Source: Thermodesulfobacteriota bacterium
GTDB lineage: Bacteria > Desulfobacterota_D > UBA1144 > Nemesobacterales > JAJCZQ01
Length of the DNA stretch: 48,119 nt
Direction: 5' to 3'
NCBI GenBank assembly: GCA_965203965.1
Contig: CBDBDR010000009.1
Coordinates: 1 to 48,119, forward strand
The notes under the pieces were generated by a model that saw only the letters and a program-made list of their open reading frames with translations, did not search any database and was not told the origin of the DNA. The position numbers and the translations under genes were made by a program. Shown here piece by piece: positions 8,812 through 17,050 of the stretch; position 1 is the first letter of the stretch, and each line of letters opens with the position of its first letter.

Positions 8812-9775
8812 CCTTACTTCATAACGATTCTCAAATTTGAACCTTGTAACATGTATCGCTCTTAAATTTTAACATCAATAACTTTTTAAGGCAAGAAAGT
8901 CCAATAATAGCAGCTCTTTTATGACCTTACTTCATAACGATTCTCAAATTTGAACCTTGTAACATGTATCGCTCTTAAATTTTAACATCAATAACTTTTT
9001 AAGGCAAGAAAGTCCAATAATAGCAGCTCTTTTATGACCTTACTTCATAACGATTCTCAAATTTGAACCTTGTAACATGTATCGCTCTTAAATTTTAACA
9101 TCAATAACTTTTTAAGGCAAGAAAGTCCAATAATAGCAGCTCTTTTATGACCTTACTTCATAACGATTCTCAAATTTGAACCTTGTAACATGTATCGCTC
9201 TTAAATTTTAACATCAATAACTTTTTAAGGCAAGAAAGTCCAATAATAGCAGCTCTTTTATGACCTTACTTCATAACGATTCTCAAATTTGAACCTTGTA
9301 ACATGTATCGCTCTTAAATTTTAACATCAATAACTTTTTAAGGCAAGAAAGTCCAATAATAGCAGCTCTTTTATGACCTTACTTCATAACGATTCTCAAA
9401 TTTGAACCTTGTAACATGTATCGCTCTTAAATTTTAACATCAATAACTTTTTAAGGCAAGAAAGTCCAATAATAGCAGCTCTTTTATGACCTTACTTCAT
9501 AACGATTCTCAAATTTGAACCTTGTAACATGTATCGCTCTTAAATTTTAACATCAATAACTTTTTAAGGCAAGAAAGTCCAATAATAGCAGCTCTTTTAT
9601 GACCTTACTTCATAACGATTCTCAAATTTGAACCTTGTAACATGTATCGCTCTTAAATTTTAACATCAATAACTTTTTAAGGCAAGAAAGTCCAATAATA
9701 GCAGCTCTTTTATGACCTTACTTCATAACGATTCTCAAATTTGAACCTTGTAACATGTATCGCTCTTAAATTTTA
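8746..9775. repeat. Perfect tandem array, 9 x 113 bp plus a 13-bp partial unit
   Basis: Units start at 8746, 8859, 8972, 9085, 9198, 9311, 9424, 9537 and 9650; final CTCTTAAATTTTA at 9763-9775. Confidence 0.95.
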
Positions 9776-9790
9776 TGTTATAATATATAC

Positions 9791-10597
9791 ATGTTATTCA
9801 TACATCCCGTTAGAAATTCTCCACGTGATCAAATTGTTTCAAAAGAATTCCCCGTTGAAATTGAAAATAACATTGTAACGGTTCAAAACGATTTTGAAAA
9901 TATAAATATTTTATGGATGTGGAGAAGCGCGGGATTAGTCGATGTAAGTTCTCCGAATATTTCTTTCTTTTGGGATACCGATCAATTATACTATAATTCT
10001 TATGGCGCATTTGTCACTCAAGAAAAATCAATTGAATTTGCAAGCAACCCGGATTTTGATTGGATAATAGCATCTCCCGTAATCGGAGAAGTAAATCCTA
10101 TTCGTGCTTTCAAAGCTACGTTAGCTCCGTCAAGGAGAATAAAAAGAAGTGAAATCGGATTTTATCAAGTGTCTATCCGAAACGAAAAGATATTTGAATT
10201 TACAATCCCACTTAACAATGAGCCGGATAAAGACTTTGTAGAATTACTTGAACGTTTATCTGGACTTAACAATTTCGCCGTTTTACCATCTGGGCGTATT
10301 ACTAAGTTTGTAGATACGGAATACCCATATTTACAACCGGCGTTTATCCGAAATATGGCGGTGACACGATTTAGAGGATTTGAAGCTTTTCAAGGCGTGT
10401 ATGCACACGGTGTTAGTGGACAAATAACATTTGGAGAAGTTTCATTCGTGCACGACATAACAGTAGAACAAACAATATGTAATACCCCGCCGCCAGTACA
10501 AATAAATAGTATTTGGACAATAAACGGGAACGTTGTATTAATAGATAATAAAGTTATAATTGCTCCGGAGAATATAAATGAAGGAATCACAGCTTGA
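9791..10597 (+). CDS. Probable virion/tail protein
   Basis: 268-aa ORF upstream of the tail-fibre-like gene; function from context only. Confidence 0.45.
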   Translation: MLFIHPVRNSPRDQIVSKEFPVEIENNIVTVQNDFENINILWMWRSAGLVDVSSPNISFFWDTDQLYYNSYGAFVTQEKSIEFASNPDFDWIIASPVIGEVNPIRAFKATLAPSRRIKRSEIGFYQVSIRNEKIFEFTIPLNNEPDKDFVELLERLSGLNNFAVLPSGRITKFVDTEYPYLQPAFIRNMAVTRFRGFEAFQGVYAHGVSGQITFGEVSFVHDITVEQTICNTPPPVQINSIWTINGNVVLIDNKVIIAPENINEGITA

Positions 10598-10850
10598 AAA
10601 AAAATGTTGTTTGATCGCGAAACAATATCAATGGTGGCAAACTAAAATAAATCCATCGTCTAAAAATGGAATCCCTGATAGATTGTTTGTCAAAAATGGA
10701 AAATATGTTTGGGTTGAATTTAAGAAAAAAAATGGTAAACGATCAAAAATTCAAATGTTCCGTCAAACGGAAATGAAAAAATACGGGATGGAGATATTTA
10801 CAATTGACAACTTTTTAGATTTTTGCAATTTACTTTCAATTCAAATATAA
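10578..10850 (+). CDS. VRR-NUC domain nuclease
   Basis: MKESQLE...GIPDRL...WVEFK...SKIQ, a PD-(D/E)XK pattern typical of stand-alone phage VRR-NUC. Confidence 0.88.
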   Translation: MKESQLEKKCCLIAKQYQWWQTKINPSSKNGIPDRLFVKNGKYVWVEFKKKNGKRSKIQMFRQTEMKKYGMEIFTIDNFLDFCNLLSIQI

Positions 10851-10863
10851 TTATAATTATATT

Positions 10864-13800
10864 ATGTCTATTGATATTACACCGACGGTTCGGGGAGTTT
10901 CATTATCTGAATTACCAGAAGGTGTATTAGAGCTTATAAGTCTTTTTGGAATAGATACGGGAAAAATAACCGCTCAACAATTGCTGGACTTTTTATCAAC
11001 ACACCGAGAATTATTTATAGGTGATAGATTTAACATTGGCGATAGATTAGAAATTCCAGATGGTAAGACATTAGTAGACGTAACGCAAGTTACAATTAAT
11101 AGCAATTATTATACGATTTTAACAGACGGAAGTTTGGAATCACTCGGAATTTTTGATTTTAATGGAAAATTCCTTGAACAAATATCAATTCCAGAATTTA
11201 CTTCTAATTTCCAGAGTCGTACGCCACCGTGGCGAATTATTAGTTATAATCCGCAAATAAATCTTATATTCATTACTTCTAGAGAATGGAGCCATACTAC
11301 GAACAGTCATGACGTTTATGCGACTTTTAGTTTAGATACAAAAAACATTCAGCAATATGACTCGTCAATGATTGACCATGGACAGTTTACTACTCCCCAC
11401 GGACCAAGTTATATCAAAGTCATTGATAATATTTCAGGAGATAGTTTTTATAACGTGTTGGGTATTTCTTATCGTCAAGATTCCGCATCATCAAATTATG
11501 TACAAATTCAATTGGGAGAATTTACGGGTAGTGGAATTACTTGGGGCGGTGATAATATCCCGGGAAACGGGATTTCAAATCAAGAATCAAGTCATTTTAC
11601 CAGAGCTGAAAATTCAGACGTTAGTTCAAATTTTGAAAGTCTTATTACATTGGGGAGAGACCAAGATACTGGTCATAGAGCAATTAACGTTTATGATTTA
11701 GATCTTACTGGAAGTTCGGTTGTTCTTACTTTTAATCGCCAATCTTTTAACGTTGTAAGTGACGCGATAAGTATTGATTTTATTTCAGACAATACGTTTG
11801 TAGTATTCAATTCGAATGGAACATTAACCAAATATGATTTTCAAACTTTAGAACCACTTGCGGACGATTCTACTTTACTTCTTTCTCATTCAGAGGAAAT
11901 TAAAAGATTATATGAACTAAATCCAGACACAAATGCCTTTACAGACGCAGAAAAAGCAAGACTTGCTAATTTTTCAGGAAATTACAAGGGAGAATGGAGC
12001 ATTGATTCAGATTATTCTCAAGGAGACATCACATATTATTCAATTACGACCACTCCTGAAACAAACTTCTTTTTTATTGCACAACAAGATATTGATCACA
12101 CAACATTACACGATGTTAGCAATAGCAATCCGCATGTCGATAGTGCTAACTGGAGACGTTTTGGAATTAACGTTCGTAATTTATGGAACATTCATACAGA
12201 TTTTTATCCCGGAGATTTAGTAATTGATGATACGCGTAGACAAGTGGCATTATCCTCGGGTATCCACCGTGCAAATGCTTCAAATCCAGACCCATTTTCA
12301 TCACCAACTCCAACGGGGTGGATTATTCTGCCACGGATTGAAAATTTAAGATATAGAGGGGCATGGGTTAGTGGGTCAACCTACACTCGTGGAGATATAG
12401 TTTATCAAATTCCAACGGGAGAAACATTCCCTCATTTTTTCATTGAAACGGAACAATCTAATATTGGCGACAGCGTATCTCCGATAGATACATTAAAAAA
12501 CGCTTCTTTACGTCAAGATTGGCTCCCGTTAACATATCAAAACTTTAGAGGGAATTATGATCAGATCAATCAAACTGATTATCCGTTTGAACCCGGTCAA
12601 TCAGTAATTCATAATAATGGACTTTGGTTCCACGGCCCGGGATCCGCGGCTTCGGACCCACCAGGAGAAGATCAATCGTGGATTGAATTGATCCAAGGCC
12701 AATTAGAAGCGCGTGTAGCATTTGACTCACGAACTTTAACCATCACAAGCTCTCATACAAATATACAAGAAATTTATGATGATGTAGCAAAAGTTACAAG
12801 ACATGAATTTGATGACGGTGATACGAATAAAGTTATTGTAGAATTTAATGCTCCACGTTCGGGTTCCGGCAATTCATTATATGTATTCATGCCGAGTGAA
12901 GTTGCAGATATTTCTAACATTCAATTATCCACTTTTTCTAATGGTAGTTTTGGTGCATGGGCAAGTGAACCGTATACTAGTTCTACCCCAACAATGCCGT
13001 TATTGCGATTTTATCATCGCGGGGTCGTGTTTAATGTGTTTAAGTTTGGAAATGCAAACATTGGAATTGGAGCTGGGAAATACAGAATACGATTTGATGC
13101 GACATTTAATTCCAGTCAAAGAACTTCAGAGGCTAATAGTTCCGATCTCATTGATGGATTTAATGAGCCAATTCAACTAACGGAAATTGATGATTTTTCT
13201 GGAGAGACGGTTGGTTCATCCGCCGGGGCTCACTTATTCAGAGTTAAAATTCCACCACACGTGACAAATGATTTTGAAGTCCGATTTGATATTTCTGTTT
13301 TAACAAATCAAGCGGCAAATCATATAGTAGAATTTATGTACGAGGACCTCGCACAAAATAACGTGTATCGCTCTTTTTCTCCTCCGGTATATGCCGAAAG
13401 CGAAAATAACGATGTGATCACTATTAATAATTTAATAGCTACACAGGCAGAAGCACGGGACGAGGTAGCAGGTAAATTTATACAATTCGCTATTAGGCGA
13501 GAAAGTCCAACCTCTTTTACAACTCTCGCTACTCAAGTTACGGCATTATTATACGAAAGAAACTCTTCAACACTATTTCCAAATGGATGGATTTCTACCA
13601 ACTTAAGAGATCCGATTTGGTATTCTGACACGGAATCTTCAAGATTTGGAGAATTAATATACTTTGAAAAACCATTTGACATCAACAGAATCCAATCTTT
13701 GTTAATAGACGCTCGGTGGATATTTGGAAATAATTCTACGAATAAATCTTATGAAATTCCAGCTCCTATTTTGCAAGAACGTTTACGATCAGCTTCAATT

Positions 13801-14061
13801 TCTTATACCGGAATTTATGAAAACGATCAACCGATTGGAAATGGCGAAGCTCCATATACATTATGGATGAAGAGTTCAAACGGTATTATTTACTGGCAAT
13901 GGGAAAATATAACGGGCAGTGCAAATCATGAAAGACGATTTGGACTTCAGTTTATTCATGATGCAAGCAATCCAAACATCGGTGTAGGGTATTCTCAAAT
14001 ACAAACATTTAACTTTTTTTCACAATACGCAAGAAGATATTTTAATTTTCACTACAGGTAA
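10864..14061 (+). CDS. Tail fibre / receptor-binding-like protein with CBM5/12-like repeats
   Basis: 1065 aa; fibre-type motif IKRLYELNPDTNAFTDAEK; four G-x-W/Y...Y-x-x-G-D/Q-x-V repeats. Confidence 0.65.
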   Translation: MSIDITPTVRGVSLSELPEGVLELISLFGIDTGKITAQQLLDFLSTHRELFIGDRFNIGDRLEIPDGKTLVDVTQVTINSNYYTILTDGSLESLGIFDFNGKFLEQISIPEFTSNFQSRTPPWRIISYNPQINLIFITSREWSHTTNSHDVYATFSLDTKNIQQYDSSMIDHGQFTTPHGPSYIKVIDNISGDSFYNVLGISYRQDSASSNYVQIQLGEFTGSGITWGGDNIPGNGISNQESSHFTRAENSDVSSNFESLITLGRDQDTGHRAINVYDLDLTGSSVVLTFNRQSFNVVSDAISIDFISDNTFVVFNSNGTLTKYDFQTLEPLADDSTLLLSHSEEIKRLYELNPDTNAFTDAEKARLANFSGNYKGEWSIDSDYSQGDITYYSITTTPETNFFFIAQQDIDHTTLHDVSNSNPHVDSANWRRFGINVRNLWNIHTDFYPGDLVIDDTRRQVALSSGIHRANASNPDPFSSPTPTGWIILPRIENLRYRGAWVSGSTYTRGDIVYQIPTGETFPHFFIETEQSNIGDSVSPIDTLKNASLRQDWLPLTYQNFRGNYDQINQTDYPFEPGQSVIHNNGLWFHGPGSAASDPPGEDQSWIELIQGQLEARVAFDSRTLTITSSHTNIQEIYDDVAKVTRHEFDDGDTNKVIVEFNAPRSGSGNSLYVFMPSEVADISNIQLSTFSNGSFGAWASEPYTSSTPTMPLLRFYHRGVVFNVFKFGNANIGIGAGKYRIRFDATFNSSQRTSEANSSDLIDGFNEPIQLTEIDDFSGETVGSSAGAHLFRVKIPPHVTNDFEVRFDISVLTNQAANHIVEFMYEDLAQNNVYRSFSPPVYAESENNDVITINNLIATQAEARDEVAGKFIQFAIRRESPTSFTTLATQVTALLYERNSSTLFPNGWISTNLRDPIWYSDTESSRFGELIYFEKPFDINRIQSLLIDARWIFGNNSTNKSYEIPAPILQERLRSASISYTGIYENDQPIGNGEAPYTLWMKSSNGIIYWQWENITGSANHERRFGLQFIHDASNPNIGVGYSQIQTFNFFSQYARRYFNFHYR

Positions 14062-14066
14062 ACGAT

Positions 14067-15002
14067 ATGAGTAAGGTATACGTAAATTCAAATAATCAAA
14101 TCACGTTAGCAGTTGGAAATACCGATAGGTTTCCAAGACCATTGTCGCGTGGAGAAAGTCTTATCACGGGTGTCACGTTGCCAACTAATTGGATTCGTGG
14201 AATTTCAACTGTAAATTCTAGTAGTAAAGCAGTAACTACCCCGGGTGATACAACAGATCCGTTAATAGATATATTTGACGCTTGGTATGATCAACAAATA
14301 AGTTGGAGAGATCATTTATCACGATTCGGTAGGGAAATTAAAGACAAAGGTGACGTGTTCTTAGATCTTGCTTATGGCGCTTCAAAATTAGTTTATGAAG
14401 GTTTGCCAAATTATGTTTCCAATATAGGAACAATAAATCCGCCTAATGTATTAGTACATACAGCACCGTCAGACGTGGATTTTATTCAACGAATAAGAAT
14501 TGACCCCGGGGAAGATGAATTAGATATTTTTGTCAAAGAAGATATTGATTCTTTAGCAGAAATTCAAATCAACAATAATAAATATACCCCAATAAATTCG
14601 GGTAACTTTTCCGCAAATGAAACTATTAATTCGGTAGAAACTTACAAATATACGATAGACTTTTCTGACTTTTCAGACATTTCGGATGAAGTTTTATGGG
14701 TGCGGTTCAAAAAAACCGATGGAACGTATTATGATCACATCCGCGGCAATATAACTCTAAAAAGTAAAATTATACAAAATGCTTCTGCCGGGGCATTAGA
14801 TATTCATTCTGTGGAAGCATTCGCTGAAAATATAGATTTATTTGATCCGAGCGCCTTTCCATTTTATGACTCTGGAACTAATTCTTTTTCGCGTGTGATT
14901 CTTTGGGTAGAAAAAGTTAGCGGCAACAGAACAAATTTAGCCGATGCTCAAATTTACGGGAATAATGACGGAACCAAATTTTACGATATTTTTTGGAAAT
15001 AA
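14067..15002 (+). CDS. Hypothetical protein, probably fibre-associated
   Basis: 311-aa ORF directly after the fibre gene. Confidence 0.5.
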   Translation: MSKVYVNSNNQITLAVGNTDRFPRPLSRGESLITGVTLPTNWIRGISTVNSSSKAVTTPGDTTDPLIDIFDAWYDQQISWRDHLSRFGREIKDKGDVFLDLAYGASKLVYEGLPNYVSNIGTINPPNVLVHTAPSDVDFIQRIRIDPGEDELDIFVKEDIDSLAEIQINNNKYTPINSGNFSANETINSVETYKYTIDFSDFSDISDEVLWVRFKKTDGTYYDHIRGNITLKSKIIQNASAGALDIHSVEAFAENIDLFDPSAFPFYDSGTNSFSRVILWVEKVSGNRTNLADAQIYGNNDGTKFYDIFWK

Positions 15003-15004
15003 AA

Positions 15005-15088
15005 ATGGATATATACTGGCAAATAGCAATGGGTCTTATAGGTTTCATGATTGTTTTTAGTATGATCTTAATTGTTGGAGGAGGATGA
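15005..15088 (+). CDS. 27-aa hydrophobic membrane peptide
   Basis: MDIYWQIAMGLIGFMIVFSMILIVGGG; starts 2 nt after the previous stop. Confidence 0.5.
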   Translation: MDIYWQIAMGLIGFMIVFSMILIVGGG

Positions 15089-15093
15089 TCAAC

Positions 15094-15204
15094 ATGCGTC
15101 AAAAATTAGGTTATGGACTTATGTTCGTTGGATTTGCAATAAAGAGATTTTCTCAATTTATATTCGGAGTTATCGTCGGATTAGTTGTGATGGCGATAAG
15201 TTAA
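15094..15204 (+). CDS. 36-aa hydrophobic membrane peptide
   Basis: GGAGGAGG RBS; MRQKLGYGLMFVGFAIKRFSQFIFGVIVGLVVMAIS. Confidence 0.55.
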   Translation: MRQKLGYGLMFVGFAIKRFSQFIFGVIVGLVVMAIS

Positions 15205-15210
15205 CAGATC

Positions 15211-15672
15211 ATGTTCGGTTTAATCGGAAGATTGTTTGGATCAGATAATTCAATCAATAAATCTATAGACCTTGTCGCAACGGGATTAGATAAAATATTT
15301 TATACCAAAGAAGAGAAAGCCGAAGATGAAAGACAGGCTCGTGCTGAAGGAGCAAAACAATTTCTAAAATGGATGGAAGCTACATCCGGTCAAAACCTTA
15401 CGCGACGATTTATAGCTTTAACGATATTATTTAGTTGGATCGCGTGGTATACGTCAGGGGTAGTGTTGCGGATAACGGCTATATGGGTTAAAGACCCGGT
15501 AGTTCATGCCAAAATGGCAGAAGCCAGTCAAATAGCCATTGATATGGGAATGAACTTCAACACGGAAATATCATTAATCATTGGTTTTTATTTTGCCGCA
15601 CCGTATATGGATAAGATGATAAGCCCAGTAATGAAAAATTTGAGTAGACGAGCAGACAAAAATGATAAGTGA
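15211..15672 (+). CDS. Holin-like membrane protein
   Basis: YTKEEKAE, RRFIAL followed by a TM segment, IIGFYF; lies in the lysis cluster. Confidence 0.65.
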   Translation: MFGLIGRLFGSDNSINKSIDLVATGLDKIFYTKEEKAEDERQARAEGAKQFLKWMEATSGQNLTRRFIALTILFSWIAWYTSGVVLRITAIWVKDPVVHAKMAEASQIAIDMGMNFNTEISLIIGFYFAAPYMDKMISPVMKNLSRRADKNDK

Positions 15673-15970
15673 AGTGATAATCGGATTAGCAATATTGTTG
15701 CCAGTATTTATTTTTTATATTCGGTATGTTCATCCATTAATTCAAACAAACAAAAAGAACATCATTACGTCACGCGACGAACACCACTCACTTGTAACGA
15801 ATATTTCAAACAACGAAAAAAGAATCACGTCAGTAGAAAAAAACTATGAAGTGATATTATCTCAAATGAAAAAACACGAAAGTGATTGTTTGAAATACCA
15901 CAAAGAATATATGGAATTATTGCATAAAATTGACAAACAAGTTGCTGTGTTGGAGGAAAAAATAAAATGA
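15662..15970 (+). CDS. Lysis-cluster protein with N-terminal TM and coiled coil
   Basis: Hydrophobic N-terminus and heptad-rich C-terminus; sits between holin and endolysin. Confidence 0.55.
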   Translation: MISEVIIGLAILLPVFIFYIRYVHPLIQTNKKNIITSRDEHHSLVTNISNNEKRITSVEKNYEVILSQMKKHESDCLKYHKEYMELLHKIDKQVAVLEEKIK

Positions 15971-16383
15971 AATACAAATTCTCAGAAGGTTCATTGAAGG
16001 AATTAAATTCGTGTCACCATGACTTACAAGTTATAATGCACCAGCTTATAGAAATTATGGACGTTAAAGTATTGAGAGGATACAGAAATGAAGAGGATCA
16101 AAACCGAGCATACGATGCTGGATTTTCCAAACTTAAATATCCTAAAAGTAAACATAATCAAAATCCGTCCATAGCCGTAGACGTTGTGCCATATCCAATT
16201 GAATGGCAAAACAAAAAAAGATTTTACTTCATGGCCGGGATAGTTAAAGCAATCGCCGAGTCAAAAGGAATACAAATCCGTTGGGGCGGTGATTGGAATA
16301 TGAACAATAATTTTGACGATCAAAACTTTTTAGATCTCCCACACTTTGAATTAGCATTTCTTAATGGAAAATTAGGAATATAA
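15967..16383 (+). CDS. Endolysin, M15 family peptidase (L-Ala-D-Glu type)
   Basis: GYRNEEDQ, SKHNQNPSIAVD, IRWGGDW, DLPHFEL. Confidence 0.92.
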   Translation: MKYKFSEGSLKELNSCHHDLQVIMHQLIEIMDVKVLRGYRNEEDQNRAYDAGFSKLKYPKSKHNQNPSIAVDVVPYPIEWQNKKRFYFMAGIVKAIAESKGIQIRWGGDWNMNNNFDDQNFLDLPHFELAFLNGKLGI

Positions 16384-16450
16384 CTAAAAAGTCAGTCCCT
16401 CCGGGTGACATAGAGGGACTTTAAGACCTATGGACATATATTACTATTAA
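16384..16450 (+). repeat. Element copy 3 (hairpin half only; probable terminator)
   Basis: Hairpin at 16394-16420 directly after the endolysin stop; no promoter half follows. Confidence 0.88.
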
Positions 16451-16478
16451 CTATTTGATCATTTTTGATCATTTTTGA

Positions 16479-16742
16479 TCAACTATTTCTTTTAGAAAGT
16501 TCTTTATACTTTCTAAAAGAAATAGGACCAAATTGTTTTATTCCTACTTTCCTTAAGTATGAAAGTTTTTCATAAAATATTATAGCTCCAGGGGCGTCCA
16601 GTATTGCTTTGTTATTTATGACATTTCCAAATTTAAATCCGTCAAATTGCTTGTTTACAAATTCCCGATTTCCCGGTGAAACTTGGAATTCTATAAGATC
16701 ACCGGTTTTAATCTTGATTCCATTAATTTTTATTGTTGTCAT
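16479..16742 (-). CDS. Hypothetical protein, KINGIK family copy 2
   Basis: Start moved to ATG 16742 (MTTIKINGIK), after the element RBS. Confidence 0.8.
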   Translation of the reverse strand: MTTIKINGIKIKTGDLIEFQVSPGNREFVNKQFDGFKFGNVINNKAILDAPGAIIFYEKLSYLRKVGIKQFGPISFRKYKELSKRNS

Positions 16743-16953
16743 TCTAAATACCTCCATTATTTTTTGTTCTCAATATAATTATATACCGTTTTTTCATATT
16801 TGTAAATAGCAGTTTTAAAATTTTTTTAACTTTTTGGTTAATAGTAATACACATCTGTAAGTCTTAAAGTGCCTCTATGTCACCCGGAGGGACTGACTTT
16901 TTAGTCAAATTGCCATAAAATAATCGCTTACGGCCTTTTCCGTCATAAAAATT
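16743..16953 (-). repeat. Element copy 4 (full, minus strand) carrying about 55 bp of the aGPT-like gene 3' end
   Basis: Promoter 16778-16806, hairpin 16868-16894. 16900-16953 reverse-complements to a diverged copy of about 5684-5737. Confidence 0.88.
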
Positions 16954-17050
16954 CGTAAAATTACTTTCTAATTAACTTTCATATGACCAACTGAGATATT
17001 TTTATCTTGGTTGGTTCTTTTTTTTTAGTTTCGTGTTATAATATTTATTT

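Noticed and set aside
8746..9775. CRISPR array
   Set aside because: Units are fully identical with no unique spacers, and there are no cas genes. The DUF2800 protein is a common phage Cas4-like nuclease.
16453..16481. Short TTTGATCATT tandem repeat (about 3 copies)
   Set aside because: Probably a slippage product at a cassette junction; no function can be supported.
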